A stretch of 64,000 bases of DNA, taken from assembly GCF_009914755.1 (NCBI RefSeq), contig NC_060948.1. One strand, 5' to 3'. The translations under genes and the position numbers were made by a program. Origin of the DNA: the human T2T-CHM13v2.0 reference genome, Homo sapiens. Every line of letters begins with the position of its first letter. Position 1 is the stretch's first letter. The notes beneath the pieces were generated by a model. That model was not told the origin of the DNA, made no database searches, and saw only the letters and a program-made list of their open reading frames with translations. Of the stretch, positions 19,896 through 39,234 are shown piece by piece.

Positions 19896-22000
19896 AGATC
19901 CATATTTTTTAAATGAAAAAAAATTTCAAAGGTACTCTGCTTGGTACAATAATCAAATGTATAAACTGAGGAATAAAACATAAACATGAAACCTACTTAT
20001 AACTGCATATGGAAAATACAGAGGATAATTTTTTAAATAACATATTTTGAAAGCCTTAACTAGTAATTTGAAGAGTTGGCATTTGAAAGGCCAGTATGAA
20101 TATACCTTCAAAGCAGCAACACAGGTTCCCCATGAGAAAAAGCAAACTCAGGGAAAATAAAACCACAAAGGTTCAATCTCTTCTGACCTTTGAAAGACAC
20201 AGCACAGACAGTGGTCCTTAGGACGAAGAGCAGGAGACCCCTAATTCCGTCACCATGGCGATAGGGCATAAACACTGCTGGGTGAGGGCACAATCCACAT
20301 TGTGAGGTCCAACTGCTGCCAGGAAGACAGGAGTGCTTTTACATAGACCGAAAGGTCATTGAAGGCTCAGAGTTTTGTTTCAAGAACTGAATCCCAAGCC
20401 CACACGTTATTAGGCTGCGCTTCTTAAAACAAGTTATGAGATGGGAAAAATGGCACTAACAAACATACGTATACATTATGTATATAATAATATACAGTAT
20501 CATATATATAATATATATAACCTATGTATAATATTGTTTTACATCCTGCATCTTATATTATATATATTGTGTAAAATATAATAATTGATAATATATAAGT
20601 TTTATATTTATACAATATGACATATAGTATATATTATAATTTATGACATATATAATATATGTTATATATCATATATAGAATATATTATACGGTTAATATA
20701 CGTATTAAATATAAATTATACATTATATATATTATATATAATATATCTGCTATATATAATACCCATTATGCATAATATATATATTATGTCTATGTTATGT
20801 ATAGTATAAAACAACATATAATAATATATAATTGTATATATAAAATGCGACATATAATATATATTATATTTTATGACATCTGTAATATATATTATATATT
20901 ATATATAATACGTTGTATGTATAATAGCTATATTAAATATATATTATATGACTATGTTATTAATTACATGTCACATATGTTATATATTATATATTATACA
21001 TAGAATATACCGGTTATATACAATATATACTATGTTACCTATAATGTATAATTTATTACATGTAAAATAAAGAATGCAATATATTATGTGTAATTTATAA
21101 TATACAATATGTGGAATGTGATATATATAACATATAATATATGATATATGATATACAGTATATGATATATAACATACAATATATGATACCTAATATATAT
21201 GGTATACAATATATATTTTATGATATGTATTCTAAATGTTTTATATTCTGTTATATATAACTGTTTGAAATTATATATAACTGTATAATATTTTACGTAA
21301 ATATGTAATATAATATATATAACTATATAATATATTATATATAACTATATATTATGTTATATATACTTTTATAACTTTATTTACATAAAATATCATAGTA
21401 TAATATATATTATATTACTTCATATTACATAATATATATTACATATCACCCAATATAAGTAACATACATAATATTATAATATAGATTATATTATGTTATA
21501 TTAAATATCATATATATCATGTATCATATATTCTATAATATGTATTATACATTATATAATATGCATGTTGTCTATTATGTGATATATATAACTATATATA
21601 TAATTATATGATTATACATATATCTAGATAAACATGTAATTCTACATATTTTCATTTATAATATATAGAATCACATAATCATATATAATTATTTATATTC
21701 TATAAAAAATTATATCATTATATAAATTATAATATATAAAAATTATAATATGTACTACAAATATATATATTATATATCATATATGATATAGTACCTTTGT
21801 TATATATCATAATACATATAAATGTGTATTATGTTATCTATAATTATATAATTTCATATATAAGATGTATAATATTTATTATATATTATATATGTTATGA
21901 AATATATATAGTATATATAAGATGACACAGGATAAATATTATATACTATGACATATAAGATATATGAGGTTATATGTTACATATAAGGCATAGCACATAA

Positions 22001-22315
<315 letters not shown>

Positions 22316-24416
22316 AGATCCATATTTTTTAAATGAAAAAAAATTTCAAAGGTACTCTGCTTGGTACAATAATCAAATGTATAAACTGAGGAATAAAACA
22401 TAACCATGAAACCTACTTATAACTGCATATGGAAAATACAGAGGATAATTTTTTAAATAATATATTTTGAAAGCCTTAACTAGTAATTTGAAGAGTTGGC
22501 ATTTGAAAGGCCAGTATGAATATACCTTCAAAGCAGCAACACAGGTTCCCCATGAGAAAAAGCAAACTCAGGGAAAATAAAACCACAAAGGTTCAATCTC
22601 TTCTGACCTTTGAAAGACACAGCACAGACAGTGGTCCTTAGGACGAAGAGCAGGAGACCCCTAATTCCGTCACCATGGCGATAGGGCATAAAAACTGCTG
22701 GGTGAGGGCACAATCCACATTGTGAGGTCCAACTGCTGCCAGGAAGACAGGAGTGCTTTTACATAGACCGAAAGGTCATTGAAGGCTCAGAGTTTTGTTT
22801 CAAGAACTGAATCCCAAGCCCACACGTTATTAGGCTGCGCTTCTTAAAACAAGTTATGAGATGGGAAAAAGGGCACCCACAAACATACGTATACATTATG
22901 TATATAATAATATACAGTATCATATATATAATATATATAACCTATGTATAATATTGTTTTACATCCTGCATCTTATATTATATATATTGTGTAAAATATA
23001 ATAATTGATAATATATAAGTTTTATATTTATACAATATGACATATAGTATATATTATAATTTATGACATATATAATATATGTTATATATCATATATAGAA
23101 TATATTATACGGTTAATATACGTATTAAATATAAATTATACATTATATATATTATATATAATATATCTGCTATATATAATACCCATTATGCATAATATAT
23201 ATATTATGTCTATGTTATGTATAGTATAAAACAACATATAATAATATATAATTGTATATATAAAATGCGACATATAATATATATTATATTTTATGACATC
23301 TGTAATATATATTATATATTATATATAATACGTTGTATGTATAATACCTATATTAAATATATATTATATGACTATGTTATTAATTACATGTCACATATGT
23401 TATATATTATATATTTTACATAGAATATACCGGTTACATACAATATATACTATGTTACCTATAATGTATAATTTATTACATGTAAAATAAAGAATGCAAT
23501 ATATTATGTGTAATTTATAATATACAATATGTGGAATGTGATATATATAACATATAATATATGATATATGATATACAGTATACGATATATAACATACAAT
23601 ATATGATACCTAATATATATGGTATACAATATATATTTTATGATATGTATTCTATATGTTTTATATTCTGTTATATATAACTATTTGAAATTATATATAA
23701 CTGTATAATATTTTATGTAAATATGTAATATAATATATATAACTATATAATATATTATATATAACTATATATTATGTTATATATACTTTCATAACTTTAT
23801 TTACATAAAATATCATAGTATAATATATATTATATTACTTCATATTACATAATATATATTACATATCACCCAATATAAGTAACATACATAATATTATAAT
23901 ATACATTATATTATGTTATATTAAATATCATATATATCATGTATCATATATTCTATAATATATATAACACATTATATAATATGCATGTTGTCTATTATGT
24001 GATATATATAACTATATATATAATTATATTATTATACATATATCTAGATAAACATGTAATTCTACATATTTTCATTTATAATATATAGAATTACATAATC
24101 ATATATAATTATATTCTATAAAAAATTATATCATTATATAAATTATAATATATAAAAATTATAATATGTACTACAAATATATATATTATATATCATATAT
24201 GATATAGTACCTTTGTTATATATCATAATACATATAAATGTGTATTATGTTATCTATAATTATATAATTTCATATATAAGATGTATAATATTTATTATAT
24301 ATTATATATGTTATGTAATATATATAGTATATATAAGATGACACAGGATAAATATTATATACTATGACATATAAGATATATGAGGTTATATGTTACATAT
24401 AAGGCATAGCACATAA

Positions 24417-24731
<315 letters not shown>

Positions 24732-26836
24732 AGATCCATATTTTTTAAATGAAAAAAAATTTCAAAGGTACTCTGCTTGGTACAATAATCAAATGTATAA
24801 ACTGAGGAATAAAACATAACCATGAAACCTACTTATAACTGCATATGGAAAATACAGAGGATAATTTTTTAAATAATATATTTTGAAAGCCTTAACTAGT
24901 AATTTGAAGAGTTGGCATTTGAAAGGCCAGTATGAATATACCTTCAAAGCAGCAACACAGGTTCCCCATGAGAAAAAGCAAACTCAGGGAAAATAAAACC
25001 ACAAAGGTTCAATCTCTTCTGACCTTTGAAAGACACAGCACAGACAGTGGTCCTTAGGACGAAGAGCAGGAGACCCCTAATTCCGTCACCATGGCGATAG
25101 GGCATAAACACTGCTGGGTGAGGGCACAATCCACATTGTGAGGTCCAACTGCTGCCAGGAAGACAGGAGTGCTTTTACATAGACCGAAAGGTCATTGAAG
25201 GCTCAGAGTTTTGTTTCAAGAACTGAATCCCAAGCCCACACGTTATTAGGCTGCGCTTCTTAAAACAAGTTATGAGATGGGAAAAAGGGCACCCACAAAC
25301 ATACGTATACATTATGTATATAATAATATACAGTATCATATATATAATATATATAACCTATGTATAATATTGTTTTACATCCTGCATCTTATATTATATA
25401 TATTGTATAAAATATAATAATTGATAATATATAAGTTTTATATATATACAATATGACATATAGTATATATTATAATTTATGACATATATAATATATGTTA
25501 TATATCATATATTGAATATATTATACGGTTAATATACGTATTAAATATAAATTATACATTATATGTATTATATATAATATATCTGCTATATATAATACCC
25601 ATTATGCATAATATATATATTATGTCTATGTTATATATAGTATAAAACAACATATAATAATATATAATTGTATATATAAAATGTGACATATAATATATAT
25701 TATATTTTATGACATAGGTAATATATATTATATATTATATATAATACGTTGTATGTATAATACCTATATTAAATATATATTATATGACTATGTTATTAAT
25801 TACATGTCACATATGTTATATATTATATATTTTACATAGAATATGCCGGTTACATACAATATATACTATGTTACCCATAATGAATAATTTATTACATGTA
25901 AAATAAAGAATGCAATATATTATGTATAATTTATAATATACAATATGTGGAATGTGATACATATAACATATAATATATGATATATGATATACAGTATATG
26001 ATATATAACATACAATATATGATACCTAATATATATGGAATATAATTTATATTTTATGATATGTATCCTATATGTTTTATATTCTGTTATATATAACTAT
26101 TTGAAATTATATATAACTGTATAATATTTTATGTCAATATGTAATATAATATATACAACTATATAATATATTATATATAACTATATATTATGTTATATAT
26201 ACTTTTATAACATAATTTACATAAAATATCATAATAAAATATATGTTATATTATTTCACATTACGTAATGTATATTACATATCACCCAATATAAGTAACA
26301 TACATAATATTATAATATAGATTATATTATGTTATATTAAATCTCATATATATCATGTATCATATATTCTATAATATATATTATACATTATATAATATGT
26401 ATGTTGTCTATTATGTGAGATATATAACTATATATATAATTATATTATTATACATATAACTAGATAAACATATAATTCTACATATTTTCCTTTATAATAT
26501 ATAGAATTATATAATCATATATAATTATTTATATTCTATAAAAAATTATATCATTATATAAATTATAATATATAAAAAGTATAATATGTACTACAAATAT
26601 ATATGTTATATATCATATATGATATTGTACCTTTGTTATATATCATAATACATATAAATGTGTATTATGTTATCTATAATTATATAATTTCATTTATAAG
26701 ATGTATAATATGTATTATATATTATATACGTTATGTAATATATATAGTATATTTAACCTGACACAGGATAAATATTATATACTATGACATATAAAATATA
26801 TGAGGTTATATGTTACATATAAGGCATAGCATATAA

Positions 26837-27152
<316 letters not shown>

Positions 27153-29276
27153 AGATCCATATTTTTTAAATGAAAAAAATTTCAAAGGTACTCTGCTTGG
27201 TACAATAATCAAATGTATAAACTGAGGAATAAAACATAACCATGAAACCTACTTATAACTGCATATGGAAAATACAGAGGATAATTTTTTAAATAACATA
27301 TTTTGAAAGCCTTAACTAGTAATATGAAGAGTTGGCATTTGAAAGGCCAGTATGAATATACCTTCAAAGCAGCAACACAGGTTCCCCATGAGAAAAAGCA
27401 AACTCAGGGAAAATAAAACCACAAAGGTTCAATCTCTTCTGACCTTTGAAAGACACAGCACAGACAGTGGTCCTTAGGACGAAGAGCAGGAGACCCCTAA
27501 TTCCGTCACCATGACGATAGGGCATAAACATTGCTGGGTGAGGGCACAATCCACATTGTGAGGTCCAACTGCTGCCAGGAAGACAAGAGTGCTTTTACAT
27601 AGACCTAAAGGTCATTGAAGGCTCAGAGTTTTGTTTCAAGAACTGAATCCCAAGCCCACACGTTATTAGGCTGCGCTTCTTAAAACAAGTTATGAGATGG
27701 GAAAAAGGGCACCCACAAACATACGTATACATTATGTATATAATAATATACAGTATCATATATATAATATATATAACCTATGTATAATATTGTTTTACAT
27801 CCTGCATCTTATATTATATATATTGTATAAAATATAATAATTGATAATATATGTTTTATATTTTTACAATATGACATATAGTATATATTATAATTTATGA
27901 CATATATAATATATGTTATATATCATATATAGAATATATTATACGGTTAATATACGTAATAAATATAAATTATACATTATATATATTATATATAATATAT
28001 CTGCTATATATAATACCCATTATGCATAATATATATATTATGTCTATGTTATATATAGTATAAAACAACATATAATAATATATAATTGTATATATAAAAT
28101 ACGACATATAATATATATTATATTTTATGACATATGTAATATATATTATATATTATATGTAATACGTTGTATGTATAATACTTATATTAAATATATATTA
28201 TATGACTATGTTATTAATTACATGTCACAGGTGTTATATATTATTTATTTTACACAGAATATACCGGTTACATACAATATATACTATGTTACCTACAATG
28301 TATAATTTATTACATGTAAAATAAAGAATGCAATATATTATGTATAATTTATAATATACAATATGTGGATTGTGATATATATAACATATAATTTATGATA
28401 TAGGATATACAGTATATGGTATATAACATACAATATATGATACCTAATATATATGGTATACAATATATATTTTATGATATGTATTCCCTATGTTTTATAT
28501 TCTGTTATATATAACTATTTGAAATTATATATAACTGTATAATATTTTATGTAAATATGTAATATAATATATATAAAAATATAATATATTATATATAACT
28601 ATATATTATGTTATATATACTTTTATAACATAATTTACATTAAATATCATAATATAATATATATTATATTATTTCATATTACATAATATATATTACATAT
28701 CACCCAATATAAGTAACATACATAATATTATAATATAGATTATATTATGTTATATTAAATATCATATATATCATGTATCATATATTCTATTATATATATT
28801 ATACATTATATAATATGTATGTTGTCTATTATGTGATATATATAACTATATATATAATTATATTATTATACATATAACTAGATAAACATGTAATTCTACA
28901 TATTTTCATTTACAATATATATAATTATATAATCATATATAATTATTTATATTCTATAAAAAATTATATCATCATATAAATTATAATATATAAAAATTAT
29001 AATATGTACTACAAATATATATATTATATATCATATATGATATAGTACCTTGTTATATATCATAATACATATAAATGTGTATTATGTTATCTATAATTAT
29101 ATAATTTCACATATAAGATGTATAATATGTATTATATATTATATATGTTATGTAATATATATAGTATATATAAGATGACACAGGATAAATATTATATACT
29201 ATGACATATAAAATATATGAGGTTATATGTTACATATAAGGCATAGCACATAACATGTAATATATATCATATATAA

Positions 29277-29568
<292 letters not shown>

Positions 29569-31696
29569 AGATCCATATTTTTTAAATGAAAAAAAATTTC
29601 AAAGGTACTCTGCTTGGTACAATAATCAAATGTATAAACTGAGGAATAAAACATAACCATGAAACCTACTTATAACTGCATAGGGAAAATACAGAGGATA
29701 ATTTTTTAAATAACATAGTTTGAAAGCCTTAACTAGTAATTTGAAGAGTTGGCATTTGAAAGGCCAGTATGAATATACCTTCAAAGCAGCAACACAGGTT
29801 CCCCATGAGAAAAAGCAAACTCAGGGAAAATAAAACCACAAAGGTTCAATCTCTTCTGACCTTTGAAAGACACAGCACAGACAGTGGTCCTTAGGACGAA
29901 GAGCAGGAGACCCCTAATTCCGTCACCATGGCGATAGGGCATAAACATTGCTGGGTGAGGGCACAATCCACATTGTGAGGTCCAACTGCTGCCAGGAAGA
30001 CAGGAGTGCTTTTACATAGACCGAAAGGTCATTGAAGGCTCAGAGTTTTGTTTCAAGAACTGAATCCCAAGCCCACGCGTTATTAGGCTGCGCTTCTTAA
30101 AACAAGTTATGAGATGGGAAAAAGGGCACCCACAAAAATACGTATACATTATGTATATAATAATATACAGTATCATATATATAATATATATAACCCATGT
30201 ATAATATTGTTTTACATCCTGCATCTTATATTATATATATTGTATAAAATATAATAATTGATAATATATAAGTTTTATATTTATACAATATGACATATAG
30301 TATATATTATAATTTATGACATATATAATATATGTTATATATCATATATAGAATATATTATACGGTTAATATACGTATTAAATATAAATTATACATTATA
30401 TATATTATATATAATATATCTGCTATATATAATACCCATTATGCATAATATATATATTATGTCTATGTTATATATAGTATAAAACAAAATATAATAATAT
30501 ATAATTGTATATATAAAATGCGACATATAATATATATTATATTTTATGACATATGTAATATATATCATATATTATATATAATACGTTGTATGTATAATAC
30601 CTATAATAAATATATATTATATGACTATGTTATTAATTACATGTCACATGTGTTATATATTATTTATTTTACACAGAATATACCGGTTACATACAATATA
30701 TACTATGTTACCTACAATGTATAATTTATTACATGTAAAATAAAGAATGCAATATATTATGTATAATTTATAATATACAATATGTGGAATGTGATATATA
30801 TAACATATAATATATGATATAGGATATACAGTATATGGTATATAACATACAATATATGATACCTAATATATATGGTATACAATATATATTTTATGATATG
30901 TATTCCCTATGTTTTATATTCTGTTATATATAACTATTTGAAATTATATATAACTGTATAATATTTTATGTAAATATGTAATATAATATATATAAAAATA
31001 TAATATATTATATATAACTATATATTATGTTATATATACTTTTATAACATAATTTACATAAAATATCATAATATAATATATATTATATTATTTCATATTA
31101 CATAATATATATTACATATCACCCAATATAAGTAACATACATAATATTATAATATAGATTATATTATGTTATATTAAATATCATATATATCATGTATCAT
31201 ATATTCTATAATATATATTATACATTATATAATATGTATGTTGTCTATTATGTGATATATATAACTATATATATAATTATATTATTATACATATAACTAG
31301 ATAAACATGTAATTCTACATATTTTCATTTATAATATATAGAATTATATAATCATATATAATTATTTATATTCTATAAAAAATTATATCATCATATAAAT
31401 TATAATATATAAAAATTATAATATGTACTACAAATATATATATTATATATCATATATGATATAGTACCTTTGTTATATATCATAATACATATAAATGTGT
31501 ATTATGTTATCTATAATTATATAATTTTATATATAAGATGTATAATATGTATTATATATTATATATGTTATGTAATATATATAGTATATATAAGACGACA
31601 CAGGATAAATATTATATACTATGACATATAAAATATATGAGGTTATATGTTACATATAAGGCATAGCACATAACATGTAATATATATCATATATAA

Positions 31697-31988
<292 letters not shown>

Positions 31989-34093
31989 AGATCCATATTT
32001 TTTAAATGAAAAAAAATTTCAAAGGTACTCTGCTTGGTACAATAATCAAATGTATAAACTGAGGAATAAAACATAACCATGAAACCTACTGATAACTGCA
32101 TATGGAAAATACAGAGGATAATTTTTTAAATAACATATTTTGAAAGCCTTAACTAGTAATTTGAAGAGTTGGCATTTGAAATGCCAGTATGAATATACCT
32201 TCAAAGCAGCAACACAGGTTCCCCATGAGAAAAAGCAAACTCAGGGAAAATAAAACCACAAAGGTTCAATCTCTTCTGACCTTTGAAAGACACAGCACAG
32301 ACAGTGGTCCTTAGGATGAAGAGCAGGAGACCCCTAATTCCGTCACCATGGCGATAGGGCATAAACATTGCTGGGTGAGGGCACAGTCCACATTGTGAGG
32401 TCCAACTGCTGCCAGGAAGACAGGAATGCTTTTACATAGACCGAAAGGTCATTGAAGGCTCAGAGTTTTCTTTCAAGAACTGAATCCCAAGCCCACACGT
32501 TATTAGGCTGCGCTTCTTAAAACAAGTTATGAGATGGGAAAAAGGGCACCCACAAACATACGTATACATTATGTATATAATAATATACAGTATCATATAT
32601 GTAATATATATAACCTATGTATAATATTGTTTTACATCCTGCATCTTATGTTCTGTATATTGTATAAAATATAATAATTGATAATATATAAGTTTTATAT
32701 TTATACAATATGACATATAGTATATATTATAATTTATGACATATATAATATAAGCTATATATCATATATAGAATATATTATATGGTTAATATACGTATTA
32801 AATATAAATTATACATTATATATATTATATATAATATATCTGTTATATATAATACCCATTATGCATAATATATATATTATGTCTATGTTATATATAGTAT
32901 AAAACAACATATAATAATATATAATTGTATATATAAAATGCGACATATAATATATATTATATATTATAACTTATGTAATATATATTATATATTATATATA
33001 ATACGTTGTATGTATAATACCCATATTAAATATATATTATATGACTATGTTATTAATTACATGTCACATGAGTTATATATTATATATTTTACATAGAATA
33101 TACCGGTTACATACAATATATACTATGTTACCTACAATGTATAATTTATTACATGTAAAATAAAGAATGCAGTATATTATGTATAATTTATAATATACAA
33201 TATGTGGAATGTGATATATATAACATATAATATATGATATATGATATACAGTATATGATATATAACATACAATATGTGATTCTTAATATATATGGTATAC
33301 AATATATATTTTATGATATGTATTCTATATGTTTTATATTCTGTTATATATAACTATTTGAAATTATATATAACTGTATAATATTTTATGTAAATATGTA
33401 ATATAATATATATAACTATATAATATATTATATATAACTATATATTATGTTATATATACTTTTATAACATAATTTACATAAAATATCATAATATAATGTA
33501 TAATATATTATTTCATATTACATAATATATATTACATAGTACCCAATATAAGTAACATACGTAATATTATAATATAGATTATATTATGTTATATTAAATA
33601 TCATATATATCATGTATCATATATTCTATAATATATATTACACATTATATAATATGTATGTTGTCTATTATGTGATATATATAACTCTATATATAATTAT
33701 ATTTTTATACATATAACTAGATAAACATGTAATTCTACATATTTTCATTTATAATATGTAGAATTATATAATCATATATAATTATTTATATTCTATAAAA
33801 AATTTTATCATTATATCAATTATAATATATAAAAATTATAATATGTACTACAAATATATATATTATATATCATATATGATATAGTACCTTTGTTATATAT
33901 CATAATACATATAAATGTGTATTATGTTATCTATAATTATATAATTTCATATATAAGATGCATAATATTTATTATATATTATAAATGTTATGTAATATAT
34001 ATAGTATATATAAGATGACACAGGATAAATATTATATACTATGACATATAAAATATATGAGGTTATATGTTACATATAAGGCATAGCACATAA

Positions 34094-34408
<315 letters not shown>

Positions 34409-36506
34409 AGATCCATATTTTGTAAATGAAAAAAAATTTCAAAGGTACTCTGCTTGGTACAATAATCAAATGTATAAACTGAGGAATAAAACATAACCAT
34501 GAAACCTACTTATAACTGCATATGGAAAATACAGAGGATAATTTTTTAAATAACATATTTTGAAAGCCTTAACTAGTAATTTGAAGAGTTGGCATTTGAA
34601 AGGCCAGTATGAATATACCTTCAAAGCAGCAACACAGGTTCCCCATGAGAAAAAGCAAACTCAGGGAAAATAAAACCACAAAGGTTCAATCTCTTCTGAC
34701 CTTTGAAAGACACAGCACAGACAGTGGTCCTTAGGACGAAGAGCAGGAGACCCCTAATTCCGTCACCATGGCGATAGGGCATAAACACTGCTGGGTGAGG
34801 GCACAATCCACATTGTGAGGTCCAACTGCTGCCAGGAAGACAGGAGTGCTTTTACATAGACCGAAAGGTCATTGAAGGCTCAGAGTTTTGTTTCAAGAAC
34901 TGAATCCCAAGCCCACACGTTATTAGGCTGCGCTTCTTAAAACAAGTTATGAGATGGGAAAAAGGGCACCCACAAACATACGTATACATTATGTATATAA
35001 TCATATACAGTATCATATATATAATATATATAACCTATGTATAATATTGTTTTACATCCTGCATCTTATATTATATATATTGTGTAAAATATAATAATTG
35101 ATAATATATAAGTTTTATATTTATACAATATGACATATAGTATATATTATAATTTATGACATATATAATATATGTTATATATCATATATAGAATATATTA
35201 TACGGTTAATATACGTATTAAATATAAATTATACATTATATATATTATATATAATATATCTGCTATATATAATACCCATTATGCATAATATATATATTAT
35301 GTCTATGTTATGTATAGTATAAAACAACATATAATAATATATAATTGTATATATAAAATGCGACATATAATATATATTATATTTTATGACATCTGTAATA
35401 TATATTATATATTATATATAATACGTTGTATGTATAATACCTATATTAAATATATATTATATGACTATGTTATTAATTACATGTCACATATGTTATATAT
35501 TATATATTTTACATAGAATATACCGGTTACATACAATATATACTATGTTACCTATAATGTATAATTTATTACATGTAAAATAAAGAATGCAATATATTAT
35601 GTGTAATTTATAATATACAATATGTGGAATGTGATATATATAACATATAATATATGATATATGATATACAGTATACGATATATAACATACAATATATGAT
35701 ACCTAATATATATGGTATACAATATATATTTTATGATATGTATTCTATATGTTTTATATTCTGTTATATATAACTATTTGAAATTATATATAACTGTATA
35801 ATATTTTATGTAAATATGTAATATAATATATATAACTATATAATATATTATATATAACTATATATTATGTTATATATACTTTCATAACTTTATTTACATA
35901 AAATATCATAGTATAATATATATTATATTACTTCATATTACATAATATATATTACATATCACCCAATATAAGTAACATACATAATATTATAATATACATT
36001 ATATTATGTTTTATTAAATATAATATATATCATGTATCATATATTCTATAATATATATTACACATTATATAATATGCATGTTGTCTATTATGTGATATAT
36101 ATAACTATATATATAATTATATTATTATACATATATCTAGATAAACATGTAATTCTACATATTTTCATTTATAATATATAGAATTACATAATCATATATA
36201 ATTATATTCTATAAAAAATTATATCATTATATAAATTATAATATATAAAAATTATAATATGTACTACAAATATATATATTATATATCATATATGATATAG
36301 TACCTTTGTTATATATCATAATACATATAAATGTGTATTATGTTATCTATAATTATATAATTTCATATATAAGATGTATAATTATTATATATTATAAATG
36401 TTATGTAATATATATAGTATATATAAGATGACACAGGATAAATATTATATACTATGACATATAAAATATATGAGGTTATATGTTACATATAAGGCATAGC
36501 ACATAA

Positions 36507-36821
<315 letters not shown>

Positions 36822-38942
36822 AGATCCATATTTTGTAAATGAAAAAAAATTTCAAAGGTACTCTGCTTGGTACAATAATCAAATGTATAAACTGAGGAAT
36901 AAAACATAACCATGAAACCTACTTATAACTGCATATGGAAAATACAGAGGATAATTTTTTAAATAACATATTTTGAAAGCCTTAACTAGTAATTTGAAGA
37001 GTTGGCATTTGAAAGGCCAGTATGAATATACCTTCAAAGCAGCAACACAGGTTCCCCATGAGAAAAAGCAAACTCAGGGAAAATAAAACCACAAAGGTTC
37101 AATCTCTTCTGACCTTTGAAAGACACAGCACAGACAGTGGTCCTTAGGACGAAGAGCAGGAGACCCCTAATTCCGTCACCATGGCGATAGGGCATAAACA
37201 CTGCTGGGTGAGGGCACAATCCACATTGTGAGGTCCAACTGCTGCCAGGAAGACAGGAGTGCTTTTACATAGACCGAAAGGTCATTGAAGGCTCAGAGTT
37301 TTGTTTCAAGAACTGAATCCCAAGCCCACACGTTATTAGGCTGCGCTTCTTAAAACAAGTTATGAGATGGGAAAAAGGGCACCCACAAACATACGTATAC
37401 ATTATGTATATAATCATATACAGTATCATATATATAATATATATAACCTATGTATAATATTGTTTTACATCCTGCATCTTATATTATATATATTGTGTAA
37501 AATATAATAATTGATAATATATAAGTTTTATATTTATACAATATGACATATAGTATATATTATAATTTATGACATATATAATATATGTTATATATCATAT
37601 ATAGAATATATTATACGGTTAATATACGTATTAAATATAAATTATACATTATATATATTATATATAATATATCTGCTATATATAATACCCATTATGCATA
37701 ATATATATATTATGTCTATGTTATGTATAGTATAAAACAACATATAATAATATATAATTGTATATATAAAATGCGACATATAATATATATTATATTTTAT
37801 GACATCTGTAATATATATTATATATTATATATAATACGTTGTATGTATAATACCTATATTAAATATATATTATATGACTATGTTATTAATTACATGTCAC
37901 ATATGTTATATATTATATATTTTACATAGAATATACCGGTTACATACAATATATACTATGTTACCTATAATGTATAATTTATTACATGTAAAATAAAGAA
38001 TGCAATATATTATGTGTAATTTATAATATACAATATGTGGAATGTGATATATATAACATATAATATATGATATATGATATACAGTATACGATATATAACA
38101 TACAATATATGATACCTAATATATATGGTATACAATATATATTTTATGATATGTATTCTATATGTTTTATATTCTGTTATATATAACTATTTGAAATTAT
38201 ATATAACTGTATAATATTTTATGTAAATATGTAATATAATATATATAACTATATAATATATTATATATAACTATATATTATGTTATATATACTTTCATAA
38301 CTTTATTTACATAAAATATCATAGTATAATATATATTATATTACTTCATATTACATAATATATATTACATATCACCCAATATAAGTAACATACATAATAT
38401 TATAATATACATTATATTATGTTTTATTAAATATAATATATATCATGTATCATATATTCTATAATATATATTACACATTATATAATATGCATGTTGTCTA
38501 TTATGTGATATATATAACTATATATATAATTATATTATTATACATATATCTAGATAAACATGTAATTCTACATATTTTCATTTATAATATATAGAATTAC
38601 ATAATCATATATAATTATATTCTATAAAAAATTATATCATTATATAAATTATAATATATAAAAATTATAATATGTACTACAAATATATATATTATATATC
38701 ATATATGATATAGTACCTTTGTTATATATCATAATACATATAAATGTGTATTATGTTATCTATAATTATATAATTTCATATATAAGATGTATAATTATTA
38801 TATATTATAAATGTTATGTAATATATATAGTATATATAAGATGACACAGGATAAATATTATATACTATGACATATAAAATATATGAGGTTATATGTTACA
38901 TATAAGGCATAGCACATAACATGTAATATATATCATCTTTAA

Positions 38943-39234
38943 TTTTTTTTTAGACAGAGTCTTGTCCTGTTGCACAGGGTGGAGTAAAATGGCGCCATCT
39001 TTGCTCACTGCAACATCTGCCTCACGGGTCCAAGCGATTGTCCTCCCTCAGCCTCCCAGGTAGCTGGGACTGCACCACACTGCGACTACACCAGCTGCCA
39101 CCATGCCTAGCTAATTTTTTGGATTTTTAGTAGTGACAGCGTTTCACTGTATTGGCCAGGATGGTCTTGATCTCTTCACCTTGTGATCCCCTTGCCTTGG
39201 CCTCCAAATTTGCTGGGATTACAGGCCTGAGCCA
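38943..39234 (-). mobile_element. Truncated Alu, unit 17
   Basis: Same Alu copy at a fixed offset in the unit. Confidence 0.93.
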
